NCBI GenBank assembly: GCA_964611625.1
Contig: CAZTAM010000003.1
Coordinates: forward strand, 311,960-375,959
Direction: 5' to 3'
DNA from: an uncultured Nitrospiraceae bacterium
GTDB taxonomy: Bacteria; Nitrospirota; 9FT-COMBO-42-15; HDB-SIOI813
Length of the DNA: 64,000 nt
The notes under the pieces are model-generated. The model ran no database searches. It saw nothing but the letters and a program-made list of their open reading frames with translations, and had not been told where the DNA came from. The translations under genes and the position numbers were made by a program. Position 1 is the first letter of the stretch. The number at the start of each line of letters is the position of its first letter. This document shows, piece by piece, positions 1 to 9,056 of this stretch.

Positions 1-117
1 CATGGGTTAGAAGAATGGCTGACCTTGAGGATAATTTAAAAGCGACTTGCATTTATATCCCTATTGCTGAGAAAATAGAATTATATCCATGTATAATTAT
101 TCAGTTAGAGAATTTTA

Positions 118-951
118 ATGTCTATAAAAAGAACTATTAAATTTTCAGATATATATAATCTGTTTCATCATGACAAATGGGATGTCGGTTACCTGACTGA
201 AGATCAACTGAAGGTATGTGCCTATTCTCCCATTAAAGGGAAGGCACAGGAGTACGGCGCAGACTATACGAATAATATACATTACCTGTCTGTTGTTAAC
301 TCCATCGTTCTCGTCAGACATTCACCGGATTCCTGGGATTACTCTCTTTACAAAGAGGCAGATGATATCCTCAAAATGAGTAGTCTTGAGAACTGGTTTC
401 CTATCTATACTAATTATAAGGTAGCTGCCATTCTCTCCGGACTGGGGGTAAGGGCCAAAAACTCTCTTATTTATAACCACAGATTTGGCTTTGATATGAA
501 AATCTGCATTGTCGGATTTGAGGATAAAATCATTGAAAGTCCTGTCCCTGAGCAAATTAATTTACAATATTGGGAAAGATGTGAAGGATGTTCAGATTGT
601 CGTTTAGCCTGTCCGGCCGGGGCAATCCATAATGAGCAGGAGCCGTACTGGCTGGACAGCAGCAAGTGTGATGATTTCATGGGGTTCGGAGATCATCCCG
701 AAATACCTTCAATAAAAAGGTTCTGGCATCAGAATGTTCATCCTGAAGTGCCGAAGGACATTGTAGATAATATGAAAAGCTGTACAGACCTGGACGGAGA
801 ACTTTCATTTGATGCTAATGGTTATACACTGGATATGCAGACCGGAGTCCTTAAAGACGGCCTTCCTATCCCGGTCCCATTCTGCAGGGAATGTCAGGTT
901 CAACCACGCTGCAGCAAGTGGGGAGGCAAGTATCCTTATGATTCAATTTAA
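118..951 (+). CDS. QueG-like (epoxyqueuosine reductase family) 4Fe-4S protein
   Basis: Single ferredoxin motif CEGCSDCRLACPAGAI; upstream YKVAAILSGLGVRAKNSLIYNHRFG resembles the QueG/reductive-dehalogenase core as I recall it; shorter (277 aa) than canonical QueG. Confidence 0.4.
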   Translation: MSIKRTIKFSDIYNLFHHDKWDVGYLTEDQLKVCAYSPIKGKAQEYGADYTNNIHYLSVVNSIVLVRHSPDSWDYSLYKEADDILKMSSLENWFPIYTNYKVAAILSGLGVRAKNSLIYNHRFGFDMKICIVGFEDKIIESPVPEQINLQYWERCEGCSDCRLACPAGAIHNEQEPYWLDSSKCDDFMGFGDHPEIPSIKRFWHQNVHPEVPKDIVDNMKSCTDLDGELSFDANGYTLDMQTGVLKDGLPIPVPFCRECQVQPRCSKWGGKYPYDSI

Positions 952-1071
952 GAGAAACAAGGTATTTTAATAGTGAACAATGACCACAATAGAGTTTCCA
1001 TTAACCGGTATTGATAGCAGCGAGGATATTATGGAAGAATATCTGCAATTATGCTATAAATATCGCCTGAT

Positions 1072-2631
1072 ATGGCTTCGAGATATACATATCCCTGGTT
1101 TGTTCGCAAAGACCTGGACGGTTTCTTTGGTCTTGCAATTGATAACCTTATCCAGCTAATGCTAATCGTTGCCCTGACCACCAGGGTAGCAGGTATTCCA
1201 TCAGAGATAATATTCAACTATATACTCCCGGGCGCAGCCATCTCAATAATAGGCGGCAACATATTCTACTCAATCCAGGCACGCAGACTCGCCATGAGGA
1301 CCGGCAGGGATGACGTAACTGCCCTCCCATACGGGATTAATACCGTCAGTCTATTCGCTTACATATTTTTCATAATGGCTCCGGTTTACAATGAGACGCA
1401 GGACCCGGTATTTACATGGAAGATTGGCTTAGTCGCCTGTTTATTCAGTGGACTGATAGAGATTGCAGGCGCGTTTGTCGGAGGATGGATTAGAAAGGTT
1501 ACTCCCAGGGCTGCCCTCCTGTCCACTCTCGCCGGTATTGCAATTACATTTATTTCGATGGAGTTTACATTTCAGATATTTGCAAAACCTGCGCTGGCAT
1601 TCATACCAATGGCTATCATTCTTTTTTACTATATGTCACACATAAGGATACCGGGAGGACTTCCCGGGGGGCTGCTTGCAATTATTGTCGGGGCATCTAT
1701 TGCATGGCTGATGAAACTATCAGGGATAAGCGGTTATTTTGACCCTGACTGGAGCAGGGGCATTCAAGTAAGCCTGTACCTTCCATTACCGGTTATTGAC
1801 AGTGTCTTCGAACTCATCACAAGTGAATATGTCTGGCGATATATGTCTGTAATTATTCCAATGGGGCTTTTTAATGTCGTTGGCTCCCTGCAAAACCTTG
1901 AGAGTGCTGAGGCGGCCGGAGACAAATTCGACACAAAATCCTCTTTATTGGCAAACGGACTCGGAACCGTTCTTGCTTCATTCCTTGGCAGTTGTTTTCC
2001 AACTACTATATATATTGGTCATCCAGGATGGAAGGCACTCGGTGCACGCACAGGATATTCAGTCATGAATGGCATTTTCATCCTTGCAATATGTCTAACA
2101 GGCACCATGGACGCAGTGCTGAAGATAATCCCGATTGAAGCTGGAATAGGCATCCTGCTTTGGATAGGGTTGATAATAGCCGCACAGGCATTTCAGGAGA
2201 CTCCGAAACACCATGCAATTGCAGTTGCCCTGGGTTTATTCCCATCATTTGCCGCGTGGGGATTGAATATGGTTGATACAGGTCTCAGGGCAGGAGGTAC
2301 CAATCTCTACAACGCGGTAAACAGCGGTTCCTTTCAGGGGATAATGCCTGTCACAGGGGCTATTTCATTGAGCCAGGGTTTTATATTCACATCAATGATT
2401 CTTGCTGCCATGTCTGTACATGTGATAGAGAGACATTACTGGAAGGCATCTCTATGGGCTTTCAGTGCAGCAATATTATCATACATCGGGATTATTCATG
2501 CTTATACACTAACAATGTCCGGAGTAGCCAACAGGTTTGAACTGGGGGCAGCCGGTGAGTTCGCCGCATGCTATGCAGCGGTGGGGGTCTTACTCTTATT
2601 TCTTCAGGTCAAAAACAAGACTCAGTTGTAA
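1072..2631 (+). CDS. NCS2/AzgA-family nucleobase (purine) permease
   Basis: 519-aa polytopic membrane protein, Gly-rich helices, N-terminus typical of AzgA-like hypoxanthine/guanine permeases; ATG start. Confidence 0.6.
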   Translation: MASRYTYPWFVRKDLDGFFGLAIDNLIQLMLIVALTTRVAGIPSEIIFNYILPGAAISIIGGNIFYSIQARRLAMRTGRDDVTALPYGINTVSLFAYIFFIMAPVYNETQDPVFTWKIGLVACLFSGLIEIAGAFVGGWIRKVTPRAALLSTLAGIAITFISMEFTFQIFAKPALAFIPMAIILFYYMSHIRIPGGLPGGLLAIIVGASIAWLMKLSGISGYFDPDWSRGIQVSLYLPLPVIDSVFELITSEYVWRYMSVIIPMGLFNVVGSLQNLESAEAAGDKFDTKSSLLANGLGTVLASFLGSCFPTTIYIGHPGWKALGARTGYSVMNGIFILAICLTGTMDAVLKIIPIEAGIGILLWIGLIIAAQAFQETPKHHAIAVALGLFPSFAAWGLNMVDTGLRAGGTNLYNAVNSGSFQGIMPVTGAISLSQGFIFTSMILAAMSVHVIERHYWKASLWAFSAAILSYIGIIHAYTLTMSGVANRFELGAAGEFAACYAAVGVLLLFLQVKNKTQL

Positions 2632-2643
2632 AACCGAAGGTAG

Positions 2644-3549
2644 TCAAGCCTTGTTGCCAACAAGTGAATGAATGGCAAATACTATCCCGCCTGCCAGACT
2701 TGACATGACAAGAATTGTAAACCAGCCAAAGGCGAATGTCAGCGCCTCTGTCTTTGGAATGTTTACGAATGATAAAAAGAAGACGTAAGCCCCTTCTCTC
2801 AAACCGATGCCGCTCAGACTTACAGGAAGCATGCTCACCGTAACTACAAGTGGTACCACCAGGAGATAAAACTGCCATGGGATTATCAATTCAAGTGACA
2901 TGCCTATCAAGATGTGGATAACTATTACCAGTGAATGGAATATAACAGAGATACCTATGGCCTTCATTAATGGTACAGGGTTTTTCCAGAAGATTAAAAG
3001 AAGTGATACTTTTTCACTTACAGCAGTAAGATATTTACCTGCAAATACCGGTACGATAAACCCTGTTAAAATAAGTATATTTCCGATTAATATAACCGCA
3101 GGTAATGAAGAAGGAAGCGTAATCGTGTTTAACAATGTAAGAGAAATGCCGGCGATCATTACCAGCACAATTAACCCTGACGCTCTGTCTGCCAGTACTG
3201 ATACAACTGCCCTGAGAACTTTCTTGTTCCCCTTTGCAAGGTAATAGCACTTACCGACATCTCCGCCTATAGCCGTCGGGAGAAACAGGTTAAAGAATAT
3301 CCCTATATAATAGAAAATAAAGAATTCGCGAAAGCTGTTTTGAAAACCCATTACCATGGCGACCAGCTTCCACCGGTATGCACAAAGTGCCTGTCCAAGC
3401 AGGTAAAGCCCGAGTGCTATTAAAAGATATTCGACGTGGATATTCTTGAATAGCTGCCACACCTCTGCAAAATCTATTTTTCTAAACAGGTAAATAAGAA
3501 TGGCTGCGCTGACTCCAGCCTTTAACAATGTCGTAATTATCTTCTTCAC
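2644..3549 (-). CDS. Flippase-like (UPF0104 / LPG-synthase TM domain) membrane protein
   Basis: 301-aa, about 8 predicted TM helices, no soluble domain; GTG start; immediately downstream of the GT2 gene. Confidence 0.5.
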   Translation of the reverse strand: MKKIITTLLKAGVSAAILIYLFRKIDFAEVWQLFKNIHVEYLLIALGLYLLGQALCAYRWKLVAMVMGFQNSFREFFIFYYIGIFFNLFLPTAIGGDVGKCYYLAKGNKKVLRAVVSVLADRASGLIVLVMIAGISLTLLNTITLPSSLPAVILIGNILILTGFIVPVFAGKYLTAVSEKVSLLLIFWKNPVPLMKAIGISVIFHSLVIVIHILIGMSLELIIPWQFYLLVVPLVVTVSMLPVSLSGIGLREGAYVFFLSFVNIPKTEALTFAFGWFTILVMSSLAGGIVFAIHSLVGNKA

Positions 3550-3561
3550 CCGAATAAACTT

Positions 3562-4533
3562 CTAACCCCCCTCTATGTTAATCCTGTCTCTCACGCTGTA
3601 AATGGGCTTACCCTGAGACTCATAATATGTCCTCACCTGTATCTCAGCAAGTATACCCATGCTGAACAACTGAAGACCTGCCAATATCAGTAATGTCCCA
3701 AAGAGCAGTAATGGCCTGTTGGAAAGGCTTGCACCGTAAAATATCTTCTGAAACGCAAGATATCCGTCAATTACTGTACCTGTTATCAGTAATATAATAC
3801 CAGACCACCCGAATATGTGGAGAGGTCTTTCAAGGAAGAATTTCAGAAAAATAACGGATATGAGATCAATAAGCACACGGAAGGCGCGAGACAGGGTATA
3901 CTTGCTCTTTCCATACAGCCTCGGGTGGTGAGTGACTGTCATCTCTGTAATACTTGCCCCATAAATACTCGCCAGTGCCGGGATAAAACGATGCAGCCCG
4001 CCATACAGCGGTATGTTCTTGATGACCTCTGCCCGGTAAGCCTTGAGAGAACAACCGTAGTCGTGTAATCTAACCCCGGTTGTTCTGCCAATTATCCAGT
4101 TCGCAATTACGGACGGAATCCTTCTGGAGAACAGCCGGTCTTTCCTATCCTTCCTCCAGCCGTTTACAACATCATATCCTTCCTCCAGTTTAGATATTAA
4201 TGCCGGTATATCCGACGGGTCATTCTGCATGTCGCCGTCCATGGCTACAATTATCTCACCCCTTGCAAAGTCAAATCCAGCAGACATCGCCGCCGACTGT
4301 CCGAAATTACGCCTCAGCCTGACAGTCCTGATATACTCATATTGAGAACAAATCTTCTTTAGTATTGAAAAGGTCTCATCTGTACTGCAGTCATCAACGT
4401 AAATTATCTCAAAAATAATCCCCATCTTGTGCAGGACTGCCAGAAGGGCTGCGTTCATCCCTGGAATATTCTCTGCCTCGTTATAAACAGGGATAACAAC
4501 AGAAATATACGTTTTGTCTTTATCAGTATCCAT
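3562..4533 (-). CDS. GT2 polyprenyl-phosphate glycosyltransferase (ArnC/DPM1/GtrB-like)
   Basis: VVIPVYNE...YVDDCSTDET...DGDMQNDP motifs of GT-A family 2, plus two C-terminal TM helices as in ArnC/GtrB. Confidence 0.75.
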   Translation of the reverse strand: MDTDKDKTYISVVIPVYNEAENIPGMNAALLAVLHKMGIIFEIIYVDDCSTDETFSILKKICSQYEYIRTVRLRRNFGQSAAMSAGFDFARGEIIVAMDGDMQNDPSDIPALISKLEEGYDVVNGWRKDRKDRLFSRRIPSVIANWIIGRTTGVRLHDYGCSLKAYRAEVIKNIPLYGGLHRFIPALASIYGASITEMTVTHHPRLYGKSKYTLSRAFRVLIDLISVIFLKFFLERPLHIFGWSGIILLITGTVIDGYLAFQKIFYGASLSNRPLLLFGTLLILAGLQLFSMGILAEIQVRTYYESQGKPIYSVRDRINIEGG

Positions 4534-6803
4534 TAGTCATTGCTCATCTTATTAAACGGCTTATTTGTAGCAAGTGTATAACCCCGCTCTTCATAAAGGA
4601 CATGAAGGTCCGGGTGCAGCGTAAGACTTTCCATCCCTGATGTCTTTGAAATAATAAAAGCCCTTTCCTCTGACTCTATGAATTCTGTCAATTTATCCAG
4701 CTCCCTTGACGACAGTATGTTAGCAGGCCGTTGAGCATAAAACAATATGCTTGGTTTATTAAGACCATATACAACGAGTTTGTCATCAGGGCCCATTTGA
4801 GCAGACGCTATCCTTGAGAAATTCCTCAATGTCGACTGGAGATATTTGTCAGCAACCGGAGTTACGAAAGTAAAGAGAATACATGAAACAACGGTTACCA
4901 TACCCGCCAGGACTCCAAAGGCAAGTCCCCTCCTCTTGCGCCACAAAGCCAAAATAAACAGCAGGATGGCAGACGCCAGGACCACAGCAATATAGTAAAA
5001 CCCATATCCCCACTCTACAGGCTCAGTAAACTGCTTCAGGACTACCCTGGAATCAGCCAGGTAATGCGGCAAGTAAACTGCGCCTGCAGCACCAATAAGC
5101 AAGAGAATAATCATGAAGGCGAAAGAGTACTTTAATCCTTGAGATCCTGAAATAACTTCACGATGACAAACTTGATTTTCGTCATCAGGGAAAATATACT
5201 CATACCATAATCTCCCAACCATTATGGCAAGCGGAGCTGACAGGGGTACAATATATCCTGGTAATTTAGTCCTTGATATTGAAAAAAAGATAAATATAAC
5301 AAGAAACCATATGATAGAAAAAAGAATAATAGATTCTTTCGGGTCAATTCGCCCTCTATGCCTCGAGCGCGGTATATACTTGTATAAGATCTGAGGAAGG
5401 AAGGTACTCCAGGGGAAATAAGCAAATAGTATTACAGGGATAAAATAATAAACAGACCCCTTGTGTCCTGAGACAACACCGGTAAAGCGGGTAACATTGT
5501 GCTTTATAAAGAAGGCATTTATATATTCCCATCCGTTAATCCATATCTCAACTATATACCACGGAAGGGCAACTGCCAGGAAAATCAATATACCTGAAAG
5601 AAGATGCATTTTTTTTAATGAATTTATCAATTCCCCCCTCAGAATAAGAAAGATGCAAATTATGGCGCCCGGAAGCACAACTCCCACAGGACCCTTAGTC
5701 AGAACAGCGAGGGCAAGACTTAAGTAGAATCCCAGGTACCACAAACCCATACCAGTTCCTTTGACTTCTCTGATGTATCCAAGGAAGAAACAAAATAGTG
5801 ATGAAGATATAAAAAACGCCAGTGTCATATCCGTGATGGATGCATGTGAAAGCACTATTACTTCAAGAGATGCAGCAAATATTATTGCAGTAATGACACC
5901 CCATTTCGGATGTCCAATCCAGCGAAGAAGATAGTAGCACATCAGAGTGAGCATGACTCCAAATGCCGCAGACCAGAAACGTGCGGCGAACTCTGTTATT
6001 CCGAAGGCCCTGAATGATGATGCCATCAGCCAGTAAAAAAAGACCGGTTTATCATACCGGTTTGAATAATTATACTGAGGTGTAATCCAGTTACCGGTTT
6101 CGATCATCTCCCTTGAGGCCTCAGCGTATACCGCCTCATCAACATCAAAGAGTCCCGGTGAACCAATATTATAGAAAAAAATAAAAAAGCTGAAGGCGGC
6201 TATGCCTATTGGAGGACCATACTTTCTTGCCATATCCTTTAAACCCTCTATTCCCATTCCGGCAATCATACGCCCTGTCACAGTCCCTAATATAATCCCC
6301 GCAAAGACGTCCGACGGGAAATGGGCGCCAACGTAAATTCTCGATACGCTGACGAGAATCGCATATCCATAAAGGGGGTATTTCATCCAGGGTAAGTATG
6401 CAGATAAGGTATATGCAACCGCAAAAGACGAGGTTGCGTGTCCTGAAGGAAATGAGTCAAATCCCGGGAGGAGAGAAGGTCCAAGGGTAAATCCAAAAGC
6501 CTCCAATACCTTTGGACGAGGTCTGCCTATTATGTGTTTGATTATCTGACTCAATACACCTGCGGCAGCAACAGCATAAATCCCCTTCTTCCCTGCTTCA
6601 ACTATTTTTTCCTCTTTTTTTATAATCAGACCAATGAGTATAATAAAAAAACAAAACAGGGCCTGGACCCACCCTTTCCCAAGGTAACTCAGCCATGACA
6701 TGATGTTATTGAGATAAGGAGACCTGAACAAACCGGCAGTGTCAGCAGCGAAGTTGTCAACAAAAAAAAGAAGGACGAGAATAACAGGTATAATTTTTAT
6801 CAT
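4533..6803 (-). CDS. PAP2 phosphatase fused to GT-C glycosyltransferase (ArnT/PMT-like)
   Basis: N-terminal PAP2 motifs KxxxxxxRP (IIGRPRP), PSGH, SRxxxxxHxxxD (SRIYVGAHFPSDV); C-terminal ~560 aa polytopic with DE motif (FDVDEAVY) typical of ArnT/PMT; stop overlaps the GT2 start by 1 nt (TAATG). Confidence 0.65.
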   Translation of the reverse strand: MIKIIPVILVLLFFVDNFAADTAGLFRSPYLNNIMSWLSYLGKGWVQALFCFFIILIGLIIKKEEKIVEAGKKGIYAVAAAGVLSQIIKHIIGRPRPKVLEAFGFTLGPSLLPGFDSFPSGHATSSFAVAYTLSAYLPWMKYPLYGYAILVSVSRIYVGAHFPSDVFAGIILGTVTGRMIAGMGIEGLKDMARKYGPPIGIAAFSFFIFFYNIGSPGLFDVDEAVYAEASREMIETGNWITPQYNYSNRYDKPVFFYWLMASSFRAFGITEFAARFWSAAFGVMLTLMCYYLLRWIGHPKWGVITAIIFAASLEVIVLSHASITDMTLAFFISSSLFCFFLGYIREVKGTGMGLWYLGFYLSLALAVLTKGPVGVVLPGAIICIFLILRGELINSLKKMHLLSGILIFLAVALPWYIVEIWINGWEYINAFFIKHNVTRFTGVVSGHKGSVYYFIPVILFAYFPWSTFLPQILYKYIPRSRHRGRIDPKESIILFSIIWFLVIFIFFSISRTKLPGYIVPLSAPLAIMVGRLWYEYIFPDDENQVCHREVISGSQGLKYSFAFMIILLLIGAAGAVYLPHYLADSRVVLKQFTEPVEWGYGFYYIAVVLASAILLFILALWRKRRGLAFGVLAGMVTVVSCILFTFVTPVADKYLQSTLRNFSRIASAQMGPDDKLVVYGLNKPSILFYAQRPANILSSRELDKLTEFIESEERAFIISKTSGMESLTLHPDLHVLYEERGYTLATNKPFNKMSND

Positions 6804-6908
6804 TATTTATGTTACATTTATGCAGTTCGCATAACTTGTTGACAACAAATTTTAATATTGCTACATTCTACAACATCACGAAACATAATTCCATACGGAG
6901 GCGACTGA

Positions 6909-7067
6909 ATGGCAACCATTAATTACATAGTTAAGGTGGAAGATGCAAAGATGTCTCAGATAAAGAAAGCCCTTGAAACTGCAAATATTAAAGTAATCAG
7001 TATCATTGATATTTATAAATCAGGAGAAGAAGCTGCTAAGAAGGAGACAACGGCAGAAGAGAAATGA
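6909..7067 (+). CDS. Small hypothetical protein (52 aa), not in ORF track
   Basis: ATG preceded by GGAGG about 8 nt upstream; MATINYIVKVEDAKMSQIKKALETANIKVISIIDIYKSGEEAAKKETTAEEK. Confidence 0.3.
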   Translation: MATINYIVKVEDAKMSQIKKALETANIKVISIIDIYKSGEEAAKKETTAEEK

Positions 7068-7076
7068 CAAATAAAG

Positions 7077-8123
7077 TCATAAACTGACTACCCTGTCCTT
7101 CCCGCCCTCTTTGGCTTTATACAATGCGTTGTCAGCCTTCCTGATGAGATTGTCAATTTCAGTTATATCAGGGTGAGGATAAGTAGCAACACCGATACTT
7201 ACTGTTATCATTTCACCCTCCTTAATGCTGTCAAATCTGAAATCTCTCACAGAGCTGCGAATACGCTCTGCCAGTCTCATTGCATCCTCCCTTATACTGC
7301 TGGGAAGTATAGCAGAGAACTCCTCACCTCCATATCTTGCAATAATATCAGTTTCCCTGACACATGTTTTAAGCACTCTTGCAACATCCCTCAATACCTT
7401 GTCGCCTGCCTGATGTCCGTAAGTATCGTTAATGCGCTTGAAATTATCGAGGTCAATCATCATGCATGAGAGAGAACCGTGATATCTTTTAGCCCTTTTA
7501 AATTCCTCCTCAAGCCTCCGGACAAAATATTTGTGGTTATAAAGCCGCGTAAGATCATCCGTGATGACCATCTTTTCCAGGAGCAGCTTCTCTTCCCTCA
7601 TAACATTAAACAAATGGGCATTTTTAAGTGCAACAGCCGCCCCCTCTATAATTACCTGACAGAGTTTAAGGTCATTCTCACTGAACTTATTATCCTTTCT
7701 GGATGTCCTCAGAAATAGTGAACCTCCTTCACTGTCATAATAACGAATAGGCATTATAATAATTGATTTAATACCTAACCCTACAATCTTGTCCCTGATT
7801 TCAGAAAGCATCGGATCTGTAGCAACATCTCCTATAAATACGATGTTGTTGTCTTTAACAGACCTGCTGATCTCAGGATATTTTTCGAGGTTTAATGTTA
7901 TTGAATCAAGACCAGGGTCTTCAAATGTTGCGAGAACGTTACCAGAGTTTTTTTCTTTATCAACATTTACTATAGAACACCGGATAACAGGCATTACTTC
8001 AGCTATCTTCTGAACAATAAGAAACAACAAGTCCTTTGTTTCCAGTGTAGAAAAGAGAGACTTATTTACATTGAGAATTATATCCAGGAAATCCTTTATG
8101 TTGTTTTCGGATCTTATTTCCAT
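7077..8123 (-). CDS. GAF-domain diguanylate cyclase (GGDEF)
   Basis: N-terminal GAF-like region; C-terminal GGDEF domain with active site RYGGEEF and I-site RETD. Confidence 0.75.
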   Translation of the reverse strand: MEIRSENNIKDFLDIILNVNKSLFSTLETKDLLFLIVQKIAEVMPVIRCSIVNVDKEKNSGNVLATFEDPGLDSITLNLEKYPEISRSVKDNNIVFIGDVATDPMLSEIRDKIVGLGIKSIIIMPIRYYDSEGGSLFLRTSRKDNKFSENDLKLCQVIIEGAAVALKNAHLFNVMREEKLLLEKMVITDDLTRLYNHKYFVRRLEEEFKRAKRYHGSLSCMMIDLDNFKRINDTYGHQAGDKVLRDVARVLKTCVRETDIIARYGGEEFSAILPSSIREDAMRLAERIRSSVRDFRFDSIKEGEMITVSIGVATYPHPDITEIDNLIRKADNALYKAKEGGKDRVVSL

Positions 8124-8133
8124 GTTTTTTTAA

Positions 8134-8502
8134 CTAACCAATGTCAATTGTAACGGATACTTCAGCCTTCGCTCCTGCCTCCCTGATTGCATCTGCAACC
8201 AGTTTCCTGTGACAGTTATTTACATTCTCCCAGCATAAGAGACATATCTTTGCATCGGAATTGGATTTAACCCAGTCTTCTATAGCTGACGACCGCTGTT
8301 TAAGAATAGTCGTCATCTTTTCATTCAGCTTTTCAGAATCCTTTGTCTTATTGTATTCTATCTGGACATCGTAGGTTGGAGTAAACAGCCACAGAATAGT
8401 CATGTCCCTCAGTCGCTGGGGTTTCGTTGTTGATATAGCATAAACAGTATAGCCAAGCGAATCAGAGGGCATATTATCGAAACTTCGTGTTATGAGACGC
8501 AT
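8134..8502 (-). CDS. DUF488-family protein
   Basis: 122 aa with LLCWE...CHR motif as I recall for DUF488; SD GAGGTG 7 nt upstream of ATG; 10-nt gap to the GGDEF gene. Confidence 0.45.
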   Translation of the reverse strand: MRLITRSFDNMPSDSLGYTVYAISTTKPQRLRDMTILWLFTPTYDVQIEYNKTKDSEKLNEKMTTILKQRSSAIEDWVKSNSDAKICLLCWENVNNCHRKLVADAIREAGAKAEVSVTIDIG

Positions 8503-8959
8503 AACGTTTCACCTCATTATAACTGTAAATATGCTAAAAAGTGGAGGTAGTTTATCACACATTTATTTAAAAAGAAATAACTGTATTGTATAGTGACATG
8601 AAGTATCTTGTGGAGAAATAATAAATACATCTACATATTGGATGTTTTAATTATTCTCCTTGTCAGATGCTTGCAACTTATTGTAATTTAAGAATAATTG
8701 ATATGACTAAATAATGTGCATTGACCATAGAAATCAGCATTCAAGAGGGACAGAGGGCATAAGAGAAGGGGTTATCAACAGGTTATCCACTTCTCTTGTG
8801 GGAAAAAGAGTATACAGCGCCTGCGGTGAGTTATAACATCATTCCACCTATTGACATAAAGACATTTTTTTTGTAAAGTCGTTAGCTGAGACTTACTGGA
8901 AAGTAAATAGTCGCTTACGCAAGTAATTCAGTTTTTTCTCAATAATATTCAGCTAAAAC

Positions 8960-9033
8960 TGGGGGATCGTCTAATGGCAGGACGACAGTCTCTGGATCTG
9001 TCTATCGAGGTTCGAGCCCTCGTCCCCCAGCCA
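8960..9033 (+). tRNA. tRNA-Gln (anticodon CUG)
   Basis: Hand-folded cloverleaf: perfect acceptor stem TGGGGGA/TCCCCCA, D-loop GG, anticodon loop CTCTGGA, T-arm CGAGG-TTCGAGC-CCTCG, encoded CCA. Confidence 0.85.
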
Positions 9034-9056
9034 AATCTATCTTAATAGAACTGCAG

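Noticed and set aside
1040-1110. Purine-riboswitch-like string (TATAAATATCGCCTGATATGGC) at the permease start
   Set aside because: Lacks the P2/P3 stems of the guanine riboswitch and overlaps the start codon and coding sequence.
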